From the NCBI GenBank assembly GCA_018657845.1, contig JABHWJ010000033.1:12834-76833 (forward strand): a DNA stretch of 64,000 bases, read 5' to 3'. Source of the DNA: Candidatus Woesearchaeota archaeon. Its GTDB lineage: Archaea > Nanobdellota > Nanobdellia > Woesearchaeales > GW2011-AR9. The position numbers and the translations under genes were made by a program. The notes below the pieces were generated by a model. That model was not told where the DNA came from and made no database searches. It saw only the letters and a list, made by a program, of their open reading frames with translations. Shown in pieces: positions 49,857 through 60,702 of this stretch (position 1 is the first letter of the stretch; each line of letters starts with the position of its first letter).

Positions 49857-52742
49857 TTAAATTTCCTTCAGTTTTTTAAACACTATTTTACTTAATTTTT
49901 TCGACCATTCTTTCTTAATATCTTTCTCTCTATCTCTTAATTCCCTAATTACATCTAATCTTATATCTAAATGGCCTTCTAATAATCTTACAATCTGTTC
50001 CTTAACAAAGAAAGGAACTTTTTCCAAATTCATAACCTCAATCTTAAGTTCTTCCATCTCCTCATCTCTACTCTCATTTAACCTCTCTTCAGCTTTCTTC
50101 CACTCTTCATAATAATCAAATCCTTCGTCAACAACGCCCTTCTTTCCTTTCCCTTGTTTCAAAGAAATCTTCACTAAAACTAATTGATGCATCCTCTGTA
50201 AAAACTGCATCTTATCCTCTAATTTAATTACATCCATCACTCCTTGTAATACAACTTTAAAAGCAAAAGGCGAAGGAACATTCGTCTCCATTTCTACCAC
50301 ATCGACTCGACCAGTTTTAATCCCTTCCAAAACGCTCTCGGCATTAATAATATCCATCTGATCCTCAAGAACCTCACGTCGCGCCTCTTTTAATAAAGAA
50401 AAATTAGGAGAGATTCTTTTCAACGCACTCATCAAAATCATCGAACTAACTTGTTTCATTCCTACTCTTTTCTTTCGACCCATATAATTCCTTAGAATCA
50501 TCAAAGCCCTTTCTGCCACGTGCCTAAACCTTCTACGTAAAACTTCAGAACCTTCAATAGCTTGTTCCATCACTGCCCTAGCATCACTCTTCTTAACTAA
50601 TTCTAGAGCTTTCTTAATCTGTCCTTTCCTCGCTAAACCCAAATAAAAACCATTGTCATTCATCCCCAACTCTACGTTTTTATGTCCTTCTTTAGCTAAA
50701 GCAAAAGCTATCATTCTTGATAACACGTCATTAACTCTTCGACCAAATAAAGTATGAAACACAATCTTCTTTCTACCTTCTTCGTCGGCATAATGTTCTA
50801 CTAAAATCTTTTTGTCATGTGGTAACATCCCCATATATTTATATTGTTCATTGAAATAATTATACAATGCCACACTAGTCTTTCCATCAATGTAAAGATA
50901 TTTTTCAATAAATTCCAAGATTTCCTTTTTCTTTTTTCCCGCAATAAAATATCCTCCCATCAATCTCCTAAATTTCTGAATCTCCATTGCTAAATCAAAA
51001 CTCAAGGGTAACATCTCTGAAACCCAAGAAGGAATTGTTGGTGGCCGATTCACTGCTGCAGTAACAAACGCAGCCATTCCTTTTGCATATCTAAACTCGT
51101 ATGTATTCCCTCCCAAAACAAAAACATCTCTCGGCTTTAACCTCTCTAAGAATCCTTCATCGAGAGTTCCTACTATCATCGTTCCGACTTTAACTTTAAC
51201 TGCAGTCCGATCAGGAATCGTTCCTATATTCATAGAATAAATAACTCGAGTCATTCTTCCCCTTTTCCCGACCTTACCTTTATTCCGCCAAATCTTGGCA
51301 TAGACATGTCGATCTTCAAGAGAAACAAACTCTCCAGCAAGATAACTCAACAATTCATTAAAATCTACCCGACTTAAATTAGAATAACAATAACTTTCTT
51401 TTACCGTTTTAAACAACTCGTCCTCTTCCCAAACTTGTTCAATTGCCATCCCCAACAAATGTTGAGCGAGAACATCTAAAGCATGTCTAGGAATGTGAAT
51501 CCGATCAATTTTCTTTTCAATAGCTGCCTTCAACAAAACTGCACATTCTACTAAATCGTCTCTATCTAAAACAATAATTCTTCCTTTAGTAGTCGAATGT
51601 AATTGGTGTCCACTCCTTCCAATCCTCTGTAAGGCTCGGGCCACAGACTTTGGACTTCCCAAACAAATAACTAAATCAATGAAACCAATATCTATCCCTA
51701 ATTCTAAAGAAGTACTACACACCACAACTTTCTTTTTACCTTCACGTAAATCTTGTTCCAGTTGCTTCCTATGTTCAGCACTCAAACTTCCGTGGTGCGC
51801 CCCAATATTTTCTAAATTATAATTTTTAGGAAATTTATTTTTCAAATAATCGACCACTCTCTCAGTAGCTGCTCTTGTATTTGTAAAAATCAAAGTAGTC
51901 TTATGTTGTTGTACTAATTTGTTAACCATTTCATACAACTTCTTATGTAAGTGTTCATGAGAAACATTAATCAAATCTGGAACTGGACTCAACACTTTAA
52001 GATCCATCTCTTTTATGAATTGTACATCAATGATTTTTCCATCGCGATTAGTTCCAAACAGATATTTAGCAATCTCTTCTAAAGGAGCTACTGTGGCTGA
52101 TAATCCTACTCTGGCCATATGGCTACTCAAATAAGACAATCGTTCCATACTCAAACTTAAGTGTACCCCTCTTTTATTCTCAGCCAAGGCATGAACTTCA
52201 TCAGCAATAAACCATTGCACGTCTTTCAAGTGTTCTCGAAACTTTGGAGCACAAAGTAGAATTCCTAAAGACTCTGGAGTTGTAATTAAAATATGAGGGA
52301 CATTTTTCAACATCTTACTTCTTTCAGCTTGAGTAGTATCTCCAGTTCTTACTGCTACCCGGATCCCTAGTTCCTTTCCATGAATCTCTTCCATCTCTTT
52401 CAATGGTTCTAATAAATTCTTTCCAATATCATTATTCAATGCCTTCAACGGAGAGATGTAAACACAATAAACCTTATCTTCTAAAATTCCCTTAATAGCA
52501 GAATCTACCAATTCATTCAGAACTGCCATAAATGCAGTTAGAGTTTTAGTCGCTCCGGTTGGTGCACTAACCAACACATTCTGCCGAGCATGGATCTCCA
52601 AAACCCCATACAACTGTGGGAGTGAAAACTCTTTAAACCTAGAAAAGAACCATTTCTCCACCAAAGGAGTAAGGATCTTCTTTACCTGTTTCTCGGTATT
52701 TGGTTCATTTTTATATTCTATCATCTTGTCATTAAACATCAT
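49857..52742 (-). CDS. lhr: ATP-dependent helicase Lhr (core)
   Basis: APTGATKT, DEVH, SAT, SLELGIDIG, QRIGRSGH, IGTIP. Confidence 0.93.
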   Translation of the reverse strand: MMFNDKMIEYKNEPNTEKQVKKILTPLVEKWFFSRFKEFSLPQLYGVLEIHARQNVLVSAPTGATKTLTAFMAVLNELVDSAIKGILEDKVYCVYISPLKALNNDIGKNLLEPLKEMEEIHGKELGIRVAVRTGDTTQAERSKMLKNVPHILITTPESLGILLCAPKFREHLKDVQWFIADEVHALAENKRGVHLSLSMERLSYLSSHMARVGLSATVAPLEEIAKYLFGTNRDGKIIDVQFIKEMDLKVLSPVPDLINVSHEHLHKKLYEMVNKLVQQHKTTLIFTNTRAATERVVDYLKNKFPKNYNLENIGAHHGSLSAEHRKQLEQDLREGKKKVVVCSTSLELGIDIGFIDLVICLGSPKSVARALQRIGRSGHQLHSTTKGRIIVLDRDDLVECAVLLKAAIEKKIDRIHIPRHALDVLAQHLLGMAIEQVWEEDELFKTVKESYCYSNLSRVDFNELLSYLAGEFVSLEDRHVYAKIWRNKGKVGKRGRMTRVIYSMNIGTIPDRTAVKVKVGTMIVGTLDEGFLERLKPRDVFVLGGNTYEFRYAKGMAAFVTAAVNRPPTIPSWVSEMLPLSFDLAMEIQKFRRLMGGYFIAGKKKKEILEFIEKYLYIDGKTSVALYNYFNEQYKYMGMLPHDKKILVEHYADEEGRKKIVFHTLFGRRVNDVLSRMIAFALAKEGHKNVELGMNDNGFYLGLARKGQIKKALELVKKSDARAVMEQAIEGSEVLRRRFRHVAERALMILRNYMGRKKRVGMKQVSSMILMSALKRISPNFSLLKEARREVLEDQMDIINAESVLEGIKTGRVDVVEMETNVPSPFAFKVVLQGVMDVIKLEDKMQFLQRMHQLVLVKISLKQGKGKKGVVDEGFDYYEEWKKAEERLNESRDEEMEELKIEVMNLEKVPFFVKEQIVRLLEGHLDIRLDVIRELRDREKDIKKEWSKKLSKIVFKKLKEI

Positions 52743-52890
52743 CTAGAAACTTTTATCTCCTATTCTTAACCTGATTTAAAAAACTATTCTTTATTTTTTA
52801 CTAGAAAACATTTATATATTATCTCTACTAACTCAACTTAAACACATTTCTAAGAGAGGATAGATTAAACAGTGAGGAAGAATAACAAAA

Positions 52891-53406
52891 ATGACTCTAA
52901 TTTCCGGTATCGAATCAACATTAGATACGTATCAACAAGTCTGTGCTAACCCAGATAATGCAATAAAAAATTTATTGACTGCAGCACAGAAAACCTCTCC
53001 TCTTCTGAGGGAAGTCATTGAAGGAAAAACCACTTTTGTTGAAACTTACCAACCAATACTTGAACATTACAATAACTGGTTGAATTTCTTTGTTCCTCCC
53101 TGGATAAAGCGTTATGAAAAAGATCTGGCCAAAGAAAATAGAGTTTTAATTGATGATTATGGATTAACAAATCAAGTTAAAGCATTACTTACTCCCTTAA
53201 CACTTTCTTTAGCAGGCGCAGGATTGGCAATGTTGGTAGAAGCACCAGTAGAAATGGCTAGCAATAATTCTCCGGTTGGTTTCATTGTGGGATTTGCCAC
53301 AGTTGTAGGAACTGCATTAAAAAGCAATCAATATTTTGAGAGAATCAAACTAGAACGAGATTTAAAATTCCTAGACAAACAAGTAGCTAAGTACTTTCAT
53401 CAATAG
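52891..53406 (+). CDS. Hypothetical membrane protein
   Basis: Two hydrophobic helices; GAGG RBS. Confidence 0.6.
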   Translation: MTLISGIESTLDTYQQVCANPDNAIKNLLTAAQKTSPLLREVIEGKTTFVETYQPILEHYNNWLNFFVPPWIKRYEKDLAKENRVLIDDYGLTNQVKALLTPLTLSLAGAGLAMLVEAPVEMASNNSPVGFIVGFATVVGTALKSNQYFERIKLERDLKFLDKQVAKYFHQ

Positions 53407-53478
53407 AAACCTTTAAAAAGAACCCTCACTTTATCAAACAAAAAGATAGGTAAAATATATTCTTAAGGTGTTAAAAAC

Positions 53479-54108
53479 ATGGAAAATCAATTAAAAACTG
53501 GAACTACAACTGTTGGAATTGTTTGCAAAGATGGAATCGTCCTTGCTGCAGATAAAAGAGCGACTGCTGGAAATCTCATCGTAGATAAAAAAGCAGACAA
53601 AGTACACACCATTTCAGATCACATTGCTGTGACCATTGCAGGAGGAGTATCTGATGCTCAGCTTATGATCAAGCTTCTCAAAGCAGAACTAAAACTAAAA
53701 GAAGTTAGAACTAACAAGGTTCCAACTTCAAAAGAAACTGCAAATCTTTTAGGAGGCTTACTATTCTCTAATATTAGAAGAATGAGTATGATTCCAGGAA
53801 TTGCCCATTTCCTTATGGGTGGCCGGGATAGATTAGGGTGTCATTTGTATGATCTCTTCCCTGATGGAAGTGTTACCAAGATTACTGATTATGTGTCTTC
53901 AGGATCAGGTAGTGTAATGGCTTATGGAGTATTAGAAAGCCAATATTCCCAAAACCTAACTACAGAAGAAGGGATAAAATTAGCTACTGTTGCTGTTAAT
54001 GCTGCTCTACAAAGAGATAGTTGTTCCGGAAACGGACTTGATGTTGTTGTCGTCAAGAATGAAGGAATAAAAAATGCATTACATAAGGAGCTTAATTACC
54101 AATTTTGA
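53479..54108 (+). CDS. psmB: Proteasome subunit beta
   Basis: KTG|TTTVG processing site, AADKR, GSGS, RD..SG. Confidence 0.96.
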   Translation: MENQLKTGTTTVGIVCKDGIVLAADKRATAGNLIVDKKADKVHTISDHIAVTIAGGVSDAQLMIKLLKAELKLKEVRTNKVPTSKETANLLGGLLFSNIRRMSMIPGIAHFLMGGRDRLGCHLYDLFPDGSVTKITDYVSSGSGSVMAYGVLESQYSQNLTTEEGIKLATVAVNAALQRDSCSGNGLDVVVVKNEGIKNALHKELNYQF

Positions 54109-54165
54109 AGATTCTAATTTATTAAATTATATTTTTTAAATTTATTAACTGTGAGGAACTGTAAA

Positions 54166-56055
54166 ATGTCAAATATACTAAAAGAAATTGTTAAGATATT
54201 ACCAGAAGGTAAAATCTCTGAAGCTACTTTTGAAGCTGCCAATATTGTACTTTATACCAAAGACAAAGAATACTTCTTAGACAATAAAGGAACCATTAGG
54301 GATGCTGTTCGTCAATTCAAAAAAAGAATTGAACTGAGACCAGACCCTTCTACAACCATGCCCTTAGAAGATGCTGAAAAAAAGATCAAAGAAATCCTTC
54401 CTGAAGATGCAGGAGTACAAGAATTAATTTTTGATGCCCCTAGATCTATTGTTATCATTCACGTAGAAAAACCTGGAATTGCTATCGGAAAACAGGGTTC
54501 ATTATTACAAGATGTTAAAAAAGAAACCCTTTGGGTTCCTGTAATCAAAAGAATTCCTCCAATAAGATCAAAATTAATTGAAAGCATTCGTGCTGTCCTT
54601 TATGAAAATGCCACAGAGCGTAAGAAATTTCTTAATACAACTGGCCACCGGATTTATGATGGTTGGCTCAGAGAGAAAAAACATGAATGGGTTAGAATTT
54701 CCTTCCTTGGTGCAGCCAGACAAGTAGGAAGAGCTTGTTTCTTATTACAAACTCCCGAATCAAGAATTCTAATTGATTGTGGTATCGACCCTGGAGAAGA
54801 TGGTCCAGAATCATATCCATTTCTTGATGCTCCGGAATTTAATATCTCTGAGTTAGATGCAGTAATTGTCTCTCACTCCCATTTAGATCACTCTGGATTA
54901 ATTCCTTATTTATTTAAATTTGGATACCAAGGACCAATCTATTGTACTCTCCCTACTCGGGATGTTATGTCTTTATTACAATTAGACATGGTAAAAATCC
55001 AAAGATCAGAAGGTAAAGATCCCATCTTTACTTCAGAAGATATCAAAAATATGGTTCTTCATACCATCACCGTAGAGTACGATGAAGTAACTGACATAAC
55101 TCCAGATGTAAGATTAACTTTTTACAATTCTGGCCACATCTTAGGAAGTTCTCTTGTTCATTTAAACATTGGTAATGGGCTCCATAATTTTGTGTACACT
55201 GGAGATTTAAAGTATGGAAGAACTAATGTTTTAGAACCAGCCAACACCCAATTTCCTAGAGTTGAAACCTTAATGATTGAAGCCACCTATGGTGGAAAAG
55301 ACAACATCATGGCCGAACAAGAAGCTGATGAATACATGATCAAAGTCATCCAAGATACTTTTGCTAGGGAAGGAAAAGTCCTTATGCCTGTACTTGGATC
55401 TGGTCGTGCCCAAGAAGTTATGGTCATCATAGAACGTCTAATGCGTGAAGGAAAGATCCCTAAGGCCCCGGTTTACATAGATGGGATGCTGTGGGACATA
55501 ACTGCTATCCACACCGCGTATCCAGAATTCCTTAACCGGAACATTAGGCAACAAATCTTCCATAAAGATAATAATCCTTTCTTATCTGAAATCTTCAAAA
55601 GAGTTGGATCACATAAAGAAAGAAAAGGAGTTATGTTAGAAACTGGGGCTTGTTTAATCTTAGCAACTTCAGGTATGCTTATGGGTGGACCATCAGTAGA
55701 ATATCTTAAGGGATTGTCAGAAAACAAAAATAATTCCTTAATCTTCTCTTGTTACCAACCACCTGGAAGTATGGGTCATCGGATTAGGGCTGGAGAAAAA
55801 AACATTGCCATGCAAGTGGACGGAAAAACACAAATGATCCAGATGAAGATGGAAATCCACAAAGTGGAAATAACTAACCACTCCGATCGAAGACAATTAA
55901 TGAACTATGTTAAGAGATGTAATCCTTCTCCAAGAAAAGTGATTGTAGTTCATGGAGAGTCGTCTCGATGTCTAGACTTGGCTTCTTCTATTCACAAACA
56001 GAATAGAATAGAAACAGTTGCTCCAAAGAATCTGGAAACAATTAGGATAAGGTAA
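54166..56055 (+). CDS. fttA: beta-CASP ribonuclease aCPSF1 (FttA)
   Basis: N-terminal KH domains, HSHLDH, GHILG, HGE; synteny with psmB. Confidence 0.96.
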   Translation: MSNILKEIVKILPEGKISEATFEAANIVLYTKDKEYFLDNKGTIRDAVRQFKKRIELRPDPSTTMPLEDAEKKIKEILPEDAGVQELIFDAPRSIVIIHVEKPGIAIGKQGSLLQDVKKETLWVPVIKRIPPIRSKLIESIRAVLYENATERKKFLNTTGHRIYDGWLREKKHEWVRISFLGAARQVGRACFLLQTPESRILIDCGIDPGEDGPESYPFLDAPEFNISELDAVIVSHSHLDHSGLIPYLFKFGYQGPIYCTLPTRDVMSLLQLDMVKIQRSEGKDPIFTSEDIKNMVLHTITVEYDEVTDITPDVRLTFYNSGHILGSSLVHLNIGNGLHNFVYTGDLKYGRTNVLEPANTQFPRVETLMIEATYGGKDNIMAEQEADEYMIKVIQDTFAREGKVLMPVLGSGRAQEVMVIIERLMREGKIPKAPVYIDGMLWDITAIHTAYPEFLNRNIRQQIFHKDNNPFLSEIFKRVGSHKERKGVMLETGACLILATSGMLMGGPSVEYLKGLSENKNNSLIFSCYQPPGSMGHRIRAGEKNIAMQVDGKTQMIQMKMEIHKVEITNHSDRRQLMNYVKRCNPSPRKVIVVHGESSRCLDLASSIHKQNRIETVAPKNLETIRIR

Positions 56056-56114
56056 TTTCTTTTTTTTATTTCCTAAACTTTTATAAATGAGATATTTATT
56101 TTCTAAGCATTAGT

Positions 56115-56247
56115 GCCAACGTGGGACAATCTGGTACTCCGCAAGCCTGGAAAGCTTGTTTCCGCAAGGATATCCCGGTTCAAATGTTTGCGAGTTCCGA
56201 GTAAACACTCAGGAGCTCCGATCTTGAAAGTCCGGGCGTTGGCGCCA
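56115..56247 (+). tRNA. tRNA-Ser(GGA) with 46-nt non-canonical intron in T-loop (59/60; 56185..56230); CCA encoded
   Basis: GCCAACG/CGTTGGC acceptor, CAAGC-CTGGAAA-GCTTG, long variable arm, CCCGG-TTCAAA|intron|T-CCGGG; helix TTCA/TGAA. Confidence 0.92.
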
Positions 56248-56303
56248 TTTCTTTTTTACATTCACCTATAACATTTATAAATAATAACTTCTTTTCTCCC
56301 TTT

Positions 56304-57050
56304 ATGCAAGACATAAAAAAGAGGCACCATAAACTAAAATATTTATTAATTATTGGTGTAGTTATTGCCCTTTACTTTCTTACCTTAAATTCTCCATGGG
56401 TTAAAACATTATTTGATAATCCAGAAGGAATTCGTAATTTTATTATCTCATTTGGTTTATTTGCCCCGTTAATTATCATCTTACTTCAAACTTTTCAAAC
56501 TATAATTTCTATTATTCCATCTCAATTAACTACAATCATCGCAGGATTCCTTTTTGGTCCAGTCCTCGGAGCAATTTATAGTTTAATTGGTGTAATCCTT
56601 GGCTCTGCCATAACGTTTCTTATCTCTAGAAAATATGGGAAGAAACTAGCTTTAAAATTCTTTGAAAAGAAAGATCTCGTTCATTTAAACCTATTATTCA
56701 AACAAAAAAAAGGTTGGGCTCTTCTCTTAGCCCGTTTAGCCCCGATATTTCCCAATGATTTAGTAAGTTTTGGTGCAGGATTAACTAATATGAAGTTCAG
56801 AAATTTCAATATCTTTTCTACCTTAGGTTTTTCAGTCCAGATAGTTATCCTTTCAATTTTTGGTGGTGACCTCTTCTCTGGTGAAGTGAATCTTTCCATG
56901 GTCTTCATTTCATCGATGGTTGGAGTTCTTATTGTAGTTGCCTTATTTGAAAAAAAAATCAAGCGTTGGATTATTAAGGATTTCCATGAGTTAGAAAAAG
57001 AAGGAAAAATCATCGAAAAAGCCATTGAAAGAGAATTCAAGGAAATTTAA
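56304..57050 (+). CDS. TVP38/TMEM64 (DedA/SNARE-associated) membrane protein
   Basis: AGFLFG, ARLAPIFP.DLVSFGAGL. Confidence 0.9.
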   Translation: MQDIKKRHHKLKYLLIIGVVIALYFLTLNSPWVKTLFDNPEGIRNFIISFGLFAPLIIILLQTFQTIISIIPSQLTTIIAGFLFGPVLGAIYSLIGVILGSAITFLISRKYGKKLALKFFEKKDLVHLNLLFKQKKGWALLLARLAPIFPNDLVSFGAGLTNMKFRNFNIFSTLGFSVQIVILSIFGGDLFSGEVNLSMVFISSMVGVLIVVALFEKKIKRWIIKDFHELEKEGKIIEKAIEREFKEI

Positions 57051-57090
57051 TCCCAAAACATTAATATAAATATACTCATTTCCTATTCAG

Positions 57091-58350
57091 ATGTCAGAGA
57101 TTACTAACAAAGTTCTTGAGAAAATCAAGCCTACCAAGAAAGAACAACAAAAGTTCTCTAAAATCATTTCTACTTTTCTTAATAAACTGAACTCTAAACT
57201 AAAACCTCTTCAAGCCCAAGCCATTTTAGGAGGCTCTGGCGCTAAAGATACTTGGCTTTCTGGAAACCATGATATAGATATCTTCGTTCAATTTAACTAT
57301 TCAAAACATAAGAACAATTCTGCAGGATTATCTGATCTTCTTGATCCCATAATCAAAAAACTATTTCCTAAAAGAAAACGTATTCATGGTTCAAGAGATT
57401 ACTTCCAAATAAAATACCAAACTATAGAATTTGAAATTGTTCCTATTCTCAAGATATCCAACGCCCAGCAAGCGCTTAATATCACTGATGTTTCTCCCCT
57501 CCATTCAAAATGGGTTAAAAAGAATGCTAGCAAAATTACTGACGAGATTAGATTGGTAAAACAATTCTGCAAAGCCAACAAACTTTATGGCGCAGAATCC
57601 TACATTACTGGTTTCTCTGGATATATTTTGGAAATTCTTACTACCCATTATGGCTCATTTAAAACTCTGCTCCAGAAATCTCTCCATTGGGAAAACAGAG
57701 ATATTTTTGACTTAGAAAAACATTACAAAAACAAAATCCAAGCACTTCACAACATCAATAGATCAAAATTAAATTCTCCCCTGATTATCGTTGATCCTGT
57801 TGATAAAAACAGGAATGCTGCCGCAGCCATGTCATTAGAAAAATTTCTTCTCTTCAAAGAAAAAGCTAGAGAATATCTCAAAAAACCAAGTTTAAAATCC
57901 TTTGAGAAAGAAACCATTACTTTCAAAAAATTAGAACAAAATACCAAACACAATCTTATCTATCTTGAAGTTTCTCCTAAAAAGGGTAAAGAAGATGTTG
58001 TTGGTACCAAATTTCTAAAAGCATTCCTATTCTTAAAGAAACAACTTAAAGATTTTGAGTTATCCGAAGCTGACTGGGATTGGAATAAAAAAGGAAAAGC
58101 TATCTTCTATTTTATTACAGAAAAAAGAAGGATTGAACCTTTCTTCATTAGATCAGGCCCTCCCTTAAAGATGGAAGAGTTTGTCAAAGACTTCAAAAAG
58201 AAAAACAAAGAAACCTTTGAACAAACTGGAAGGGTTATGGCCAAAGTTCCCCGAAAACACGTTGAACTAGAAAAACATGTAAAAGAAATTCTTAAAGATT
58301 CTTATGTAAAAGAAAGAATAAAAGAAATTAAAGTTTTGAAGTTCGGTTAG
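57091..58350 (+). CDS. cca: CCA-adding enzyme (archaeal class I)
   Basis: GGSGAKDTWL..DIDIF, YGAE..GFSGY, DPVD..RN. Confidence 0.93.
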   Translation: MSEITNKVLEKIKPTKKEQQKFSKIISTFLNKLNSKLKPLQAQAILGGSGAKDTWLSGNHDIDIFVQFNYSKHKNNSAGLSDLLDPIIKKLFPKRKRIHGSRDYFQIKYQTIEFEIVPILKISNAQQALNITDVSPLHSKWVKKNASKITDEIRLVKQFCKANKLYGAESYITGFSGYILEILTTHYGSFKTLLQKSLHWENRDIFDLEKHYKNKIQALHNINRSKLNSPLIIVDPVDKNRNAAAAMSLEKFLLFKEKAREYLKKPSLKSFEKETITFKKLEQNTKHNLIYLEVSPKKGKEDVVGTKFLKAFLFLKKQLKDFELSEADWDWNKKGKAIFYFITEKRRIEPFFIRSGPPLKMEEFVKDFKKKNKETFEQTGRVMAKVPRKHVELEKHVKEILKDSYVKERIKEIKVLKFG

Positions 58351-58392
58351 TCCTTAAGATAACCTTTTAAACTCTTATTATTTACTTGTTCT

Positions 58393-59001
58393 ATGAAAAA
58401 TGTGTTTAGTAAAAAGAATTATCCTAAGATCCTTCTCACCATATTTCTAGTATTTTGGATTATCGTGGCCATCTCTCCATTATATCGTGGAGTTTGGATT
58501 GCAGAAAATATTCTTACAGTTCTTTTTGTTTCTCTTTTAATCACAACTTATCCTAAATTTAAATTTTCTAATCTCAGTTACACTTTACTCTTTACATTTC
58601 TAATCCTTCACACAATTGGAAGCCATTACAGTTATTCCGGCGTACCATTATTTAATTTAATCAGAGATTTCTTTGAACTTTCTAGAAATCATTATGATCG
58701 TGTAATTCATTTCTTATTCGGATTATTGTTTTTCATCCCTGGTTATGAATTTATTTCTAAGAAACTTAAAGTTAAAGGATTCTGGGGATTGTTCTTAACT
58801 TTCTTAGCCATAACTGCTTTGAAAGGATCTTTTGAAGTTATTGAATATTTGTACCTCCTAATAACTCGGAGCGAAATTATTGGCACCCATTATCTTGGAA
58901 TGCAAGGTGACCAATGGGATGCTCAGAAAGATATGGCTTTGGGAATGCTCGGTTCTGGAATCGCTTGGATCTGGATTTGGTTGAAAGGATTAAAGAAATA
59001 A
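58393..59001 (+). CDS. DUF2238/YjdF-like membrane protein
   Basis: W..EN, RNHYDR..HF, QGDQWDAQKDM. Confidence 0.85.
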   Translation: MKNVFSKKNYPKILLTIFLVFWIIVAISPLYRGVWIAENILTVLFVSLLITTYPKFKFSNLSYTLLFTFLILHTIGSHYSYSGVPLFNLIRDFFELSRNHYDRVIHFLFGLLFFIPGYEFISKKLKVKGFWGLFLTFLAITALKGSFEVIEYLYLLITRSEIIGTHYLGMQGDQWDAQKDMALGMLGSGIAWIWIWLKGLKK

Positions 59002-59070
59002 AAAATTAATCAAAATAGAAACCTAAAAACTATTTTTTTTCCACCAAATAATACACATCATTCAAACCCA

Positions 59071-60009
59071 TTAAAAAATATGGGGTTTTTTCTCTACCAA
59101 CGTAGTTATCTTCCTAATAAATGGAAACCTGTCTCTCAAATTATCAATAAGCTCATAGAAATCACGTATACTCTCCACATCAAAAGTTAATACTACATCG
59201 TATTTTCCCAACTGCCTAAGAAAGTAATGGATCCCCTTAGTTTGTTTACAGTAACTGATAAACAAGTCGTATTCCTTCTTACTACATTTATTTATAGTCA
59301 TCAAAGCCGTACAGGGTTGATATCCAAGAGCGGCCATGTTCACCTTAGTCTTAAAACCAGAGATCACTCCACTTTTCTGTAGCTTCTTTATGTTATTCAT
59401 GGCAACCCTCGGCGTCACCTTGAGTTGCTTGGCCAGATTCAAGATGGTCTCTCTAGAATTTTTCTTCAGTAAACTGATCATCTTAAACTCTTCCGTTTTA
59501 AGATGTATTCGTTCTGCCTTGAAATCAAATATCATCAAAACAGTTGGTTCCTTTTTGGGTAAAAAAGACTTGTTTATCTCCAACGCGTACAGCACCACTG
59601 AAATATCTTTTTCTAAGATGTATTCAGACAATTCCCCCAACATCTCTTCCATGTCTTCCTTATCCTTCTCTTCTAAAATCTTAAAACTTAACAAAAGATC
59701 ATACTCTCCTTCGCAGAAGATGTGCCAGGTACAAGAAAAATGCTTTTTGATCACTTCGGTTATCTTACCAATCACCTCTTCATTACGCTTGGCAAGCTTA
59801 ATATGAACCGGATAAAGCCGATACCCCATCCGAGAATAATTTATCTTAGTATTAAACTTTTGAATAACTCCCCTATCGCTTAACCTCTTGATTACCTTAA
59901 TCACCCCTTCAGTAGATAATCTGGTCTTCTTTGCAATCCTAGTTGCCGGCAACCTACCGTCTTGCTCTAACAAAGAGAGAACTTTCCTTTCTGACTGGTT
60001 AAGTTTCAT
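59071..60009 (-). CDS. Tandem Lrp/AsnC family transcriptional regulator
   Basis: Two HTH+RAM units (LEQDGR..GEYD; LKKNSR..GKYD); start re-set to MKLNQ. Confidence 0.88.
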   Translation of the reverse strand: MKLNQSERKVLSLLEQDGRLPATRIAKKTRLSTEGVIKVIKRLSDRGVIQKFNTKINYSRMGYRLYPVHIKLAKRNEEVIGKITEVIKKHFSCTWHIFCEGEYDLLLSFKILEEKDKEDMEEMLGELSEYILEKDISVVLYALEINKSFLPKKEPTVLMIFDFKAERIHLKTEEFKMISLLKKNSRETILNLAKQLKVTPRVAMNNIKKLQKSGVISGFKTKVNMAALGYQPCTALMTINKCSKKEYDLFISYCKQTKGIHYFLRQLGKYDVVLTFDVESIRDFYELIDNLRDRFPFIRKITTLVEKKPHIF

Positions 60010-60108
60010 CTGATGATTGATATTCTTAACTATTTTATAAAACTTTTGTAAATATTTCAACTTTTTCAATAAGAAAGTTAAAGTATCTTCTAGATCCCTC
60101 AGTAAATA

Positions 60109-60702
60109 GTGATTAAAATGGATAAATTAATAAAAACTTTAGAAGAATTGGCCCAAGTTAAAGAGGAACAAATTTCCCGTGAAGCAGCGGAGGCTCTCAG
60201 ACCGGGATATATGCAAAAATTTGAAGTTCGCTTAGACAAACTCTTGGGGGAAGAAGTAGGAAAAGAGTTGTTGGAGTTTTGTGGAGAGATCTACCAATAC
60301 AATTGGAGAGAGATAGCTGGCCAATATGAACATGAACCAGAGTTTACTTTTGGTCCCTCAGTCAGTTATAAAAATCGGGCCATGGGTTATGAATTCCAAG
60401 AAAACAATGACTTAGTCTACTGGATGTTTAAGTTTCATGCCGCAGATAAATACAGCCAGCTAAAGATTGACGGCAATTCCGATAAGCAGGCGTTTAAGGT
60501 AGCCGTAACCAACATAGAAAAACTGGTCTCTGGGTACAGGACCCATCTTTGTGAAGAAGATAAAGAATACGGCATTCTCTGGGAAGAAGATCTAGAGTAC
60601 TTTGGTATCCACGTTGGCGAATGGAATGAACTTTTCGAATCGGGAAAGTTCAGTGAATGGTTAGATGAAGAAATTGAAAACGATGATACAGAAACTGATT
60701 AA
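60109..60702 (+). CDS. Acidic hypothetical protein
   Basis: 197-aa ORF overlapping the downstream HD gene. Confidence 0.65.
   Translation: MIKMDKLIKTLEELAQVKEEQISREAAEALRPGYMQKFEVRLDKLLGEEVGKELLEFCGEIYQYNWREIAGQYEHEPEFTFGPSVSYKNRAMGYEFQENNDLVYWMFKFHAADKYSQLKIDGNSDKQAFKVAVTNIEKLVSGYRTHLCEEDKEYGILWEEDLEYFGIHVGEWNELFESGKFSEWLDEEIENDDTETD

Noticed and set aside
49154..52742. Lhr + metallophosphoesterase pair as a novel system
   Set aside because: Well-known conserved pairing in archaea and bacteria
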